From assembly GCA_907165135.1 (NCBI GenBank), contig OU015569.1:4960001-5024000 (forward strand): a DNA stretch of 64,000 nt, written 5' to 3'. The notes under the pieces are model-generated. The model worked only from the letters and a program-made list of their open reading frames with translations. It did not search any database and was not told where the DNA came from. Positions 63,734 to 64,000 of the stretch are shown here, in pieces. A program made the position numbers and the translations under genes. The number at the start of each line of letters is the position of its first letter. The first letter of the stretch is position 1. The stretch is from Oikopleura dioica (lineage: Eukaryota; Animalia; Chordata).

Positions 63734-64000
63734 GAAAAGTGATTTATTTTGCGAGACAGTAATGAACTAAAGAATCAAGCCAGTAAATAAAAAGTAGAAC
63801 AGTTGAAGTCGAAAAGTCGAGAATGAATAAATATAAATCGGGAGGGTTTTTCTTCTTTCAAAAGTACGAGCCGTACTTTTTAAGGGCTTTCGTCTTATTC
63901 CCGAACCGGAGAAGTTTTGGCTTATTATTAGAAATGTGTCTAAAGGTTTGGAAATGACTCTAACGCTAACTCATACCCTAAAGTCTACAGGCTATAGAAG

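Noticed and set aside
1-64000. CRISPR arrays, rRNA, spliced-leader RNA gene or bacterial operons
   Set aside because: No regularly spaced direct repeats and no rRNA or SL signature were seen; the DNA is intron-containing eukaryotic sequence.

Overview
Eukaryotic, AT-rich, gene-dense DNA with very short introns (many 41-48 nt) and several frame-required non-canonical donors (GA-AG, GC-AG, possibly GG-AG). This pattern points to an appendicularian tunicate such as Oikopleura dioica (inference from sequence only). Well-supported genes: a class A bHLH factor, a LAR-type (type IIa) receptor tyrosine phosphatase (14.5-23.3 kb, minus), a pannexin-family channel, a Thr-rich/EGF/TSP1 extracellular protein, a WSC-domain sulfotransferase with an antisense intronic tRNA-Trp(CCA), an HS2ST/UST-like sulfotransferase and a multi-Ig type I membrane protein. 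There is also a tandem triplet of orphan genes and several weaker gene models. Non-autonomous DNA transposons are abundant: about 13 copies of one MITE family with 8-bp target duplications and AP-1-like palindromes in the TIRs, one other hAT-type MITE, two TTAA-flanked elements (one nested inside a MITE) and two long foldback elements. There is no CRISPR array, rRNA or bacterial-type system. The most notable observations are the RPTP with a divergent, intron-poor D1 and a conserved, intron-rich D2; an intron-phase anomaly shared by the triplicated orphan genes; a TATA-adjacent spliced minus-strand unit whose only ORF is interrupted by TGA; and a signal-peptide-type sulfotransferase in an extracellular/glycan-modification neighbourhood. 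All gene models were assembled by eye and need RNA-seq confirmation.
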